Shown here in pieces: positions 20,906 through 28,381 of a DNA stretch of 59,585 bases. Position numbers and translations under genes: made by a program. The stretch covers positions 139,064 through 198,648 of the IMG/VR virus record IMGVR_UViG_3300006226_001702. One strand, 5' to 3'. The notes below the pieces were generated by a model that saw only the letters and a list, made by a program, of their open reading frames with translations, did not search any database and was not told the DNA's origin. How positions within the stretch are numbered: position 1 is the stretch's first letter; each line of letters starts with the position of its first letter. This stretch comes from a virus (lineage: Duplodnaviria > Heunggongvirae > Uroviricota > Caudoviricetes).

Positions 20906-21476
20906 ATCGTTGCTTTGGCCATTGTGACCAAACGTTACACTTCTCTTCGCAATCTTTTGCTATTTCACACGAGTCACATAAGTTACCATAATAACGATAA
21001 TCATATGCTCGTTGGTAATCTAATTCCCACTTATCACATAATTCGTTTTTTTCACATGCATTCACAAAATGTTTGTTTGATAGATGACAGTTAGTACATT
21101 TTTTCTCAAAGCTATCAGGAACTCCACCTAATGCTTTAATTGCCATGTAAAAGCCATATCTGAACCAAGTATTGTAATCTGCCTGCGGGTCCCATGGAAT
21201 AATCTCACCACTTTCAGTCTTTAGCCAATGAGCGACAGCACCACAATCATGTGGGCCCCAACCAAATAGCTTTTTAGTAGTTGTGTAACCTTTGCATTCT
21301 GCTGCTGTTTCTTCTGGTCCTGGTGGCTTCTCACCATCATACCATTGTCTTCTTTCTTCTGTATCTTCAAACATCTCAGGACAGCATAAGTTCGGTCTAT
21401 TATTCAAGTACCAATAACGAAGAACTTCATCATAGCTCTTTACGAATCTATTGCATTTATAGCAAGTCTTTTTCAT
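20859..21476 (-). CDS. Cys-rich hypothetical protein
   Basis: Several CxxC motifs. Confidence 0.5.
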   Translation of the reverse strand: MKKTCYKCNRFVKSYDEVLRYWYLNNRPNLCCPEMFEDTEERRQWYDGEKPPGPEETAAECKGYTTTKKLFGWGPHDCGAVAHWLKTESGEIIPWDPQADYNTWFRYGFYMAIKALGGVPDSFEKKCTNCHLSNKHFVNACEKNELCDKWELDYQRAYDYRYYGNLCDSCEIAKDCEEKCNVWSQWPKQRCEKWVKPPKENDGAS

Positions 21477-21499
21477 ATTTTAGTATATTAACATGAGAC

Positions 21500-21523
21500 A
21501 AAAAAGCCCCTCCGTCGAGGGGC
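21500..21523 (-). terminator. intrinsic terminator closing the RNA array
   Basis: GCCCCTC-GACG-GAGGGGC-TTTTTT. Confidence 0.85.
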
Positions 21524-21524
21524 G

Positions 21525-22054
21525 CAAGATGCATTTAAAAATTAATTAACCAGATTTAATTTGTTTTAAGTAATTGCAGTTTCGCATCTTAAACTTAACT
21601 TCAATAAAAAACAAGGCGCTGACAATTTTTAGAGAATTGCCAAACTCATCCGGACTTACGTCGCGGTGTGGATTTCGAAGTCCACTAAAAAAATTTTAAA
21701 AGAATTTTTCATTACCATTTAAGTATTATTGCTGATAATGCGCCTTAACTTCTCCTTATTCACCGCCCGTCAGGCAGTTATTTTAAATAAAACAAGATAC
21801 GCTTGTGGCCTCTTTTACGTAGACACCACTAAAATCGGTGTTTTTTTACTTGAACATTTCTAAACAAGTCATTACTTTAATTGTAATATCCAGTAGATTT
21901 TTTGTGTTGCTGTTTACGTACCTTAATATAATTCACGATTCGCTTTTTACCAATCCGCAGGTTATTAATTGCTGCATGAACCGTAGTTTTTCTCTAAATA
22001 AAACACGATGCGCTTTATCATACCAATTGATATTTAATTGCTGTTATGCACCGT
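21525..22054 (-). ncRNA. array of five Y-RNA-like structured units (22004-22054, 21934-21984, 21793-21924, 21612-21746, 21525-21590)
   Basis: Each unit: 7-bp terminal stem with compensatory changes, CWGCAA 3-5 nt after the 5' strand, variable interior, unpaired 3' G; immediately downstream of the TROVE-like/vWA gene. Confidence 0.75.
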
Positions 22055-22122
22055 AAATATAAATTTCAGGGCATCAGGCGTTAAGGGAGGTATTGGCCCT
22101 CAGCCCCTACTTAATATAATTT

Positions 22123-22131
22123 TATATTAAC
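22123..22131 (-). promoter_or_regulatory. GTTAATATA putative phage promoter upstream of the RNA array (one of 11 copies)
   Basis: Same 9-mer upstream of ten other - strand genes/RNAs. Confidence 0.55.
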
Positions 22132-23638
22132 CAATTAGTTTAATTGGCTCATATCTCTTTGAAAGAAGTGTCTCTTTGAGACACTCAAATGGGTCAAGTT
22201 GTCCACTCATCACCATCTTTGCAATATGTACACTGAAGCCAGAAACTAATGCTACTCCCAAGTCGTTTTCAACCATTGGAACTGCTCCAGTTCTACTATT
22301 CACATTCCAGAATATGCATCTTGGAATCTTATAGCCAGCATCTTCATACTCGGCTTTTATCTCATCGAAGAGCTTCATGTCAAGTCTTGCGCCTTGGTTA
22401 AACTCCATGTCAGAAATTATGAGAATGTTCTTCACCATTTCTTCCTGTGTCATGTTGTTTTTCTTAGCTGCATTAAGAATTAACTTGAACACTTTCACTA
22501 TGTCAGTTGATGCTACTTCACAGTGAGTGAGCGCAATCTTTAACTTAGCAAGCAAGCTCTTTGCCTTACTGAAATCTACAAACTGTGGTCTATCACTGAA
22601 TGTGATGTACTTGTCTTTGAACTCACCACTGTTTCTTTCTGAGCAATAGATAGCCAACGCATTTGCTATGTCAAGAGCCATTGCCTTTGTGCCTGGTAAG
22701 TTCATTGTCATTGAGCCGCTTCCATCTGCTACAACTAAAGTGTTGCTTATGTCATAAGTTGGAAGAGCCTTCCACATTGCTTCAATTGCTGCGTCTTCTG
22801 TTGATGCTAAACTTCTGTCCCACATACTTTCAGTAACGGCATATTGGCAAACGATATCATGTGGGAATGCAGTTGATGCGTTGATCTTTGCTTCACCTTT
22901 TTCAAGCTTAGCAAGATACTCATTATATCGGCTCATATCATTTCTCTTGAATGCATTTCTGTACTTCAAGTTAGCTTGAGTTGGAACCTTTTCATAGTCG
23001 ATATTTGCCCAATCACCCTTGCTTGCCTTAACTTCAATAACGTCAAGATAAGCTCTCAATGCTGATAACTTCTTTCGGTACTGCTTTTCTGTCAAATTCA
23101 AAGCCTTAGCAAGAGCTCTACCCATGTTACGAACACCCTTATCAGATGTGTTAACAGATGGCATCCACTTTGCACAAATTGAAACGGCTTTGCCCTTTTC
23201 CATATTTGCAGTATCTTCAGCTAATTGTGCAGCAACCATCTCAACAATTGCAGCATCAACTTTCTTTGACAAGCCCCAAAACACTGTCCAATCGTCCCAT
23301 CTTCCATACTCAGGTATGTACTTGATTAAGTCAATTGCTCCATCGTTTAACTGTAAAAGTGATGTGAAAGTTCTTCTGAAAAGATCTCTCTCACCTAATC
23401 CCTCTCGTATGTCACGAGCGAAGAATATCCACTTAGCAGCTAAATCAGGTGTGTCAGCAAAGGCTTTTGTGAAATCTGAAATAAGTTGATTTTTCATTGT
23501 GCCCCTATATGAAGCGACATGAAAGTTCATATCTAAAAGGGCCTTGCCTGTAGTAGCATGTACTCGGGCATTATTTTCCGTATAAGCATCTCGAGACTTT
23601 TCTTGTCTTGAGATTTCGTTTTTGATCTGGTTCATCAT
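22127..23638 (-). CDS. DUF2828-family TROVE-like + vWA protein (Ro60/Rsr-like architecture)
   Basis: TEN, FFARDIREGLGER, EYGRWDD, AKWMPS, YRK.LS.LR, vWA MIDAS DGSGSM, ITFS, ISDMEF, FWNV, VSGFS. Confidence 0.85.
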   Translation of the reverse strand: MMNQIKNEISRQEKSRDAYTENNARVHATTGKALLDMNFHVASYRGTMKNQLISDFTKAFADTPDLAAKWIFFARDIREGLGERDLFRRTFTSLLQLNDGAIDLIKYIPEYGRWDDWTVFWGLSKKVDAAIVEMVAAQLAEDTANMEKGKAVSICAKWMPSVNTSDKGVRNMGRALAKALNLTEKQYRKKLSALRAYLDVIEVKASKGDWANIDYEKVPTQANLKYRNAFKRNDMSRYNEYLAKLEKGEAKINASTAFPHDIVCQYAVTESMWDRSLASTEDAAIEAMWKALPTYDISNTLVVADGSGSMTMNLPGTKAMALDIANALAIYCSERNSGEFKDKYITFSDRPQFVDFSKAKSLLAKLKIALTHCEVASTDIVKVFKLILNAAKKNNMTQEEMVKNILIISDMEFNQGARLDMKLFDEIKAEYEDAGYKIPRCIFWNVNSRTGAVPMVENDLGVALVSGFSVHIAKMVMSGQLDPFECLKETLLSKRYEPIKLIG

Positions 23639-23695
23639 AATACAAATCTCCTCTGGTTATTATTATTTAGTTATATTAACATCAAATTAAAAATC

Positions 23696-23767
23696 CATAC
23701 CCGGAAAGAATTGCACTTTCATCGCTGCCTTCGCAGAGCAGAATATTATCTATTATACTACGGATAT
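23696..23767 (-). tRNA. tRNA-Arg(GCG)
   Basis: ATATCCG/CGGGTAT acceptor; CTGCT-CTGCGAA-GGCAG; T-loop TGCAATT. Confidence 0.8.
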
Positions 23768-23961
23768 ATTTGTCGGCCATGCTTTTCTTCATGTTTGAAT
23801 TTGAATAGCAATGCAACAACTGCAGGCCATCCAGTCAACATAAAAGCAAGCTCTAAAATAAACTCTGGAATAGATTTGTTTATCCCATTCTTAACTACAA
23901 ATCCAATTGCAAATAAAACGCCTATTACGAAATAGACTCCTAATAAAATGACACCTACCAT
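23758..23961 (-). CDS. small two-TM membrane protein
   Basis: Hydrophobic, WP motif. Confidence 0.5.
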   Translation of the reverse strand: MVGVILLGVYFVIGVLFAIGFVVKNGINKSIPEFILELAFMLTGWPAVVALLFKFKHEEKHGRQIYP

Positions 23962-23967
23962 AAATCC

Positions 23968-24360
23968 TTAAAGTTTTGGAATAAAGATAATTGCAGATGC
24001 AGTGAATGCGCTTAAAGACATTAGAAGAACAGCTCCTGCACACATATCTTTGATTATCTTAATCTCATTTAAAAGCCATCCTTGTGAAAAAACATCGCAC
24101 ACTCTTTCAATAACAGTGTTTAACATTTCTAAAACTAAGGCCATAACACAGAACAGGATAATGATCATCCATTCCATGCTTTCTATTTTGAATATAATTC
24201 CCATAGCCAAATTAATGACTAGAAATAATGACAGAATTCTAAAGGTGGATTCTGAGAAAAATGTAAACTTAATTCCATCAAAAGCATATTTGAACTTCTT
24301 TAACATAAACCGACCTTGGAGCGATTTGAACGCCCGACCTACAGTTTCGAAGACTGTCAC
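23968..24360 (-). CDS. dgkA: DgkA-family diacylglycerol/undecaprenol kinase
   Basis: FKYAFDGI...E, EMLNTVIERVCD, IKDMCAGAVL; three TM helices. Confidence 0.85.
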   Translation of the reverse strand: MTVFETVGRAFKSLQGRFMLKKFKYAFDGIKFTFFSESTFRILSLFLVINLAMGIIFKIESMEWMIIILFCVMALVLEMLNTVIERVCDVFSQGWLLNEIKIIKDMCAGAVLLMSLSAFTASAIIFIPKL

Positions 24361-24390
24361 TCTATTCCGCTGAGTTACAAGGCCCGAAAT

Positions 24391-24462
24391 TACCCGGTGA
24401 GGGAATCGAACCCCCGGAATGAGTTTAGAAGACTCATGTATTATCCATTATACGAACCGGGC
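24391..24462 (-). tRNA. tRNA-Arg(TCT)
   Basis: Cloverleaf; TGAGT-CTTCTAA-ACTCA. Confidence 0.92.
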
Positions 24463-24860
24463 TATTCTTCTAATCTCTTCTTTAGATAGATTAACTCGTT
24501 TTCTGCTTCTTTAATTCGTTGCTTTAAATCTCTCTTCTTTTCGAGGTCCTCAGCAATCTCCCTTCCCTTTTTTAGACTGTCTTTTACATGGACAAGTTGT
24601 TCATCATCCATATCAAGCCAATCTAAGTTTATGCTAAAATCATAATCATAATGACCATCACCATAATCTCTGTTCCAAAAATTGATAGTGTCGCCTTCTA
24701 ATGAAGAACCATTATGTGATATATTACGCTCGTGGCAAAAGTCACCATTTGTCCATTCAAGCTTTTTTGATATTGCTACGGCTCTATTGAAAAGTTTGTA
24801 CTCTTCATTCTCCACATGTTCTTTTGTCGCATATAAAGTAACGACTTCATCTCTCGTCAT
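24462..24860 (-). CDS. hypothetical protein
   Basis: ORF with SD, coiled-coil C-terminus. Confidence 0.55.
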   Translation of the reverse strand: MTRDEVVTLYATKEHVENEEYKLFNRAVAISKKLEWTNGDFCHERNISHNGSSLEGDTINFWNRDYGDGHYDYDFSINLDWLDMDDEQLVHVKDSLKKGREIAEDLEKKRDLKQRIKEAENELIYLKKRLEE

Positions 24861-24861
24861 T

Positions 24862-25104
24862 TTAGAATCCTTCTTTAATTTCCTTAATTGACTTAATTTG
24901 ATTTCTCACTAAGTTCAAAAAAGTGAGCGCGAGTGAAGACCATGCTGCTACAGATACGATGTTCAAAATGGGTACGCCATCTTTCAAAATGGCAAAGGCT
25001 ATGATGAATAGGACTGTCGCTCTAAACAAAAACTCTCCAACTAATTTAGCAACTGATGCAATCTCTGTCTTCAATTCTAACTCCTTTTTCCAGATAGGAA
25101 CCAC
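24862..25104 (-). CDS. small membrane protein
   Basis: Two hydrophobic segments; start uncertain. Confidence 0.4.
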   Translation of the reverse strand: MVPIWKKELELKTEIASVAKLVGEFLFRATVLFIIAFAILKDGVPILNIVSVAAWSSLALTFLNLVRNQIKSIKEIKEGF

Positions 25105-25316
25105 CCAATACGCTAAGCGATGGGCGCCGGCAAGTCGTAGTTGCCAGGGAGGCCTTCAGCAGTTGGCGCAGCCTCAAATTAAAGTCCGTTTCCCATTCCA
25201 TTTTCCAACTTTACGGACGATACTTTTCAAAAAATGCAGGGCTTCCAACCTGCTGGCTCGATTCCTATCGCATTGTTTTGCGAAGCCATCCTTTTAGCAG
25301 ATGACATTGTGAAGAG

Positions 25317-25391
25317 TGGAGCTGACGGAGACTCGAACCCGCATATCACTGCTTGCAAAGCAGGACGATAACCAATTATCGTAACAGCCCC
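25317..25391 (-). tRNA. tRNA-Ala(TGC)
   Basis: GGGGCTG/CAGCTCC with G3.U70; loop TTTGCAA. Confidence 0.88.
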
Positions 25392-25501
25392 ATAAAAGTG
25401 TAAGTAGTCGCAAAGTGTGGGTCTCCGACCTTTATTGAACGACTATATCCTCGGCCTTACTTACCGGACCTGGCGTCATTAAGCCCAGGCTACATTTTTC
25501 A

Positions 25502-25572
25502 CAAGCGCTGAAGGATTTGAACCCTCACCAAAGCTTTTGGAGAGCTGTATGCTACCATTACACCAAGCACCT
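25502..25572 (-). tRNA. tRNA-Trp(CCA)
   Basis: Cloverleaf; loop CTCCAAA. Confidence 0.9.
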
Positions 25573-25578
25573 ATGTAG

Positions 25579-25651
25579 TCAGATAGGTTGGATTTGCACC
25601 AACGGTCTCTTGGTTCCAAACCAAGCACGATACTAACTTCGCCACCATCTG
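25579..25651 (-). tRNA. tRNA-Pro(TGG)
   Basis: CTTGG-TTTGGAA-CCAAG; T-loop TGCAAAT. Confidence 0.88.
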
Positions 25652-25654
25652 ATA

Positions 25655-25728
25655 CTCCCGGTCCAGGGCTCGAACCTGGGACAATCTGGTTAACAGCCAG
25701 ACGCTCGTACCAACTGAGCTAACCGGGA
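25655..25728 (-). tRNA. tRNA-Asn(GTT)
   Basis: TCCCGGT/ACCGGGA-G; TCTGG-CTGTTAA-CCAGA. Confidence 0.95.
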
Positions 25729-26104
25729 TTAAAATGGGTTAGTGGGGCGGAACCCGCAGACCAAGCGTCAATTAAGCGCTTACAGTCCGGATAAATAGTA
25801 ACCCCACTACCCTATAAACTATTTAGCGTCCGGTCGACTCGGAACTTGTTTTTGACGCACGGAGCTACCGCCGTCTTACCAGGAAACATTCAACCTGCTG
25901 GCTGCCAAACTAAGGGCATTTAAAAGGGCTACCTTACCAGAATTTCTCTAATGCCCGCGCATTCGCGGAGGCTTCTTTCTTCTCGCCCGGGGAGCACCGT
26001 GGCGCTTTGACTATGCGATCTCTGCTAGACGCCCGCTATAGTCCGTTCCGTCTTGGCGCGGCAATGGTTGGCCCGTCTGCCGGGGAGTCCACTCTACCGC
26101 AATT

Positions 26105-26248
26105 TCACTTATAAATACCTAGTAAATCTTCCAAAGCAAACTCAACGTCAGCAATCTCATCGAACATCATGTTAATGTCTGCCTGTTCCAAGCGATCTTT
26201 TACCTGTCGGATAAAAGCCAACTTTTCTTCTTTCGATAACTTGTCCAT
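26105..26248 (-). CDS. 47-aa acidic microprotein (MDKLSKEEKLAFIRQ...)
   Basis: Manual translation; GGAGG SD; AT-rich island among GC-rich RNAs. Confidence 0.55.
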   Translation of the reverse strand: MDKLSKEEKLAFIRQVKDRLEQADINMMFDEIADVEFALEDLLGIYK

Positions 26249-26261
26249 AATATCCTCCATA

Positions 26262-26720
26262 CCACTGGGGGATAATCTGAGTCTACCACTCCTGGCTTTC
26301 TCAGGATGACAGTTTTCTTTACTTCCCGTATGGCCTAGCGGCTGTCACCATCATACGGAGTCCTAAACTTTTCCCCACCGACACCGGCTTTACGGATTAG
26401 GCCTAACATTGGGAGGCACCTTCCCACTTACACTATGGGATGGAGGTCTCAGGGCGACCTTTTTGAGCATTCACCTACTCAAGCGTGTGTAAGATTTGCA
26501 CTTACCACCAGCAGTGGCTGGTCCTAGTCACGCTCGGGAATACACTTCCGTCATTTGGAGGATTACAGCAAGCTCCGTCCTCCGTCTGTCACATCCCTAG
26601 AATCGTTAACGATGAGTGAGCGCAGTAGTACTTCCTCACCGGGGCTCATGCTTAGGCAGCATGGATTATCGCCGCTGTTACGGCTGGCAGCGCCCGTTCC
26701 TCACTCATGAAGGAAGTTTC
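26262..26720 (-). ncRNA. large GC-rich structured RNA candidate (GOLLD/ROOL-like context)
   Basis: ~460 nt without a credible ORF, many hairpins and an embedded acceptor+T-arm module at 26481-26535; boundaries approximate. Confidence 0.45.
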
Positions 26721-26724
26721 CGCT

Positions 26725-26796
26725 AATGAACCAGGGAGTTGAACCTCTGGATCCGATGCCATACCGGCACCTGCATCACCCTTAATGCTTCTCATT
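26725..26796 (-). ncRNA. tRNA-like RNA with 5-nt anticodon-position loop
   Basis: AATGAG/TTCATT stem, GCAT/ATGC D-arm, GTGCC-GGTAT-GGCAT, T-loop TTCAACT. Confidence 0.55.
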
Positions 26797-26803
26797 TCCG
26801 ACA

Positions 26804-26908
26804 AGTCAGAGTGGGGATCGAACCCACATTCCCCGCTAGGGAATCTCGCATCCAGCTACCTGGTGGCATCTCTAGCGAGCGGCACTTTCCAATCGTGCTC
26901 GTCTGACA
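26804..26908 (-). ncRNA. tRNA-like RNA with expanded anticodon arm
   Basis: GTCAGA/TCTGAC, D-arm GCAC-GATTGGAAA-GTGC, T-arm GTGGG-TTCGATC-CCCAC; no 7-nt anticodon loop. Confidence 0.65.
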
Positions 26909-26911
26909 AAA

Positions 26912-27065
26912 TTAAGGTTTCCAAGTGGCCCGTACCAATAGGGCTCTTCTTGCAGCCGTAAGCTTAAATTAAGTCCCCGATCCAGATATTCACCACCTCC
27001 AGCGGCCTATTGGCAACTCTCAGCTTGTTATATCCGCTAGCGGGAGCGGCTCTCAGTTACCTTAA
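26912..27065 (-). ncRNA. ~150-nt rod/pseudoknot RNA candidate
   Basis: Nested stems TTAAGGT/ACCTTAA, AGCCG/CGGCT, AGCGG/CCGCT plus 8-bp CCAATAGG/CCTATTGG cross-pairing. Confidence 0.5.
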
Positions 27066-27205
27066 AGAATAACCAAATCCTCAGGGATAAAGTTTCCGAC
27101 AGTTCCATCCTCGTCGATACGAATAAGAATCTCGTTGTTCTCATACCCGATAACCGTTGCGGTCTCGCCTGAAAAATCAATTTTAACTCTTGTTCCAACT
27201 GCCAT
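27062..27205 (-). CDS. 47-aa beta-rich microprotein (MAVGTRVKIDFSGETATVIG...)
   Basis: Manual translation; early-type promoter upstream. Confidence 0.55.
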   Translation of the reverse strand: MAVGTRVKIDFSGETATVIGYENNEILIRIDEDGTVGNFIPEDLVIL

Positions 27206-27327
27206 TCTCTTATCCCTTCCTTATAATATTATATAAGAACGGCAGATATATCGTTCAAAATCTTTTTGAACTTCTTTTCCCCTCACTCGGGTCTTGCACC
27301 TTCACCTGTTTTGCTTGTACTTCGCTT

Positions 27328-27522
27328 TCAGTCTTTGCTTCTTTCGTTTCCGCTCCCGTACTCCGCCAAGCCTGGGGGTTGTATTTTCGTTAATGCTTTT
27401 CTAATTGCTGAGGCCATATTATGCACATCTTCGATAGTTTCATTTGACTCTAGCATCTTCCTCATTTGCTCTGTAAGTTTGTATAGAGCAACCAATTCGA
27501 TCTGCTTCTTCTCGTGTTGCAT
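27328..27522 (-). CDS. hypothetical protein
   Basis: AAGGAG SD. Confidence 0.5.
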   Translation of the reverse strand: MQHEKKQIELVALYKLTEQMRKMLESNETIEDVHNMASAIRKALTKIQPPGLAEYGSGNERSKD

Positions 27523-27541
27523 ATCGACTCCTTTAGAGAGA

Positions 27542-27647
27542 TTGGGTAGTCCGGAGTTGAACCGGAGTACCCTTCATGGGCTTCACCTGGCACTCCTACC
27601 GTAGCGGCGTCACCCGTAGAAGGTATGTCTCGCTGCATCACTACCCA
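27542..27647 (-). ncRNA. tRNA-like RNA with long branched arm instead of anticodon arm
   Basis: TGGGTAG/CTACCCA-A acceptor; TCCGG-TTCAACT-CCGGA T-arm; own GTTAATATA motif upstream. Confidence 0.65.
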
Positions 27648-27664
27648 GTGTAATTTATATTAAC

Positions 27665-27862
27665 TTACCAAACTATTTTCTTTTTGTTAGAGTCAACTTT
27701 TCCCATTGCTATTTCCAGCATATGCATTTCATATAGAAGGGCGTTTTCTCGATGTCTGTTTCTTTCCTGCCTAGCAAATGTTAACGATTCAATTTTTCTT
27801 CTATATATCTTATACAAATCATTTTGTGATAATCCATCATAAGTTCCAATAGTTGTCTCCAA
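27665..27862 (-). CDS. hypothetical protein
   Basis: ORF in operon orientation. Confidence 0.4.
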   Translation of the reverse strand: METTIGTYDGLSQNDLYKIYRRKIESLTFARQERNRHRENALLYEMHMLEIAMGKVDSNKKKIVW

Positions 27863-27993
27863 TCATTTTAATAGTTGAATCACGAAGTTCCCCACATTGC
27901 CAAGCATAATAATGACAGTCATGCCAATCATTATCCATTCATATAGACCCCAACGTTTTTCATTGGGAAAACATTCTGCCATATAACAGCTCC

Positions 27994-28287
27994 TTAATAT
28001 GTGTTACAAAGAGTCTTAAGAGAACGCATTGCTTGCGTTAGTCCTTTCCATCCTTGTTTTGGTACACCTTCACTAAAAGTCCATGGACAGCATCCACAAC
28101 ATCTTCCTGGTTGTTCTTGAGAAGCAGTCATTGTTGACTTCCACTTTTCATATTCTTGTAAGAAAAAGTCTCTCATTAACATACCTTCACCTTCGTACTT
28201 AACTTTAGATGTCGGACGTTGTATCACTGGTGGCGGGCACCATTTCTTTAAATGTTTATGTTTACTAAAAAAGTTTTGATGTTTCAT
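27994..28287 (-). CDS. hypothetical protein
   Basis: ACTAACTA-AT-ATG motif at start. Confidence 0.5.
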   Translation of the reverse strand: MKHQNFFSKHKHLKKWCPPPVIQRPTSKVKYEGEGMLMRDFFLQEYEKWKSTMTASQEQPGRCCGCCPWTFSEGVPKQGWKGLTQAMRSLKTLCNTY

Positions 28288-28308
28288 ATTAGTTAGTAAA
28301 CTAAAAAT

Positions 28309-28380
28309 GGTGACTTACGGGAATCGAACCCGTGTAGCAAGATCCACAATCTTGTGCCTAAACCACTCGGCCAAAGCCAC
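28309..28380 (-). tRNA. tRNA-His(GTG)
   Basis: CAAGA-TTGTGGA-TCTTG; C73 discriminator; no encoded G-1. Confidence 0.92.
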
Positions 28381-28381
28381 A

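Noticed and set aside
21546-21556. 11-nt complementarity (AATCTGGTTAA) between an array unit and the phage tRNA-Asn, suggesting a guide function
   Set aside because: Short, AT-rich, single instance; compatible with chance, and I saw no equivalent matches for other units
21949-21963. AACCTGCGGATTGG resembling the 16S rRNA 3' end
   Set aside because: Only 9 contiguous identical bases; insufficient
21525-22054. CRISPR array interpretation of the repeated units
   Set aside because: Units conserve pairing rather than sequence, spacing is irregular (51-135 nt), and no cas genes are in the window
25124-25175. HDV-like/theta ribozyme
   Set aside because: P1/P2/P4-like topology is present but there is no P3/L3, P1.1 or J4/2 catalytic C, and it does not abut a tRNA 3' end
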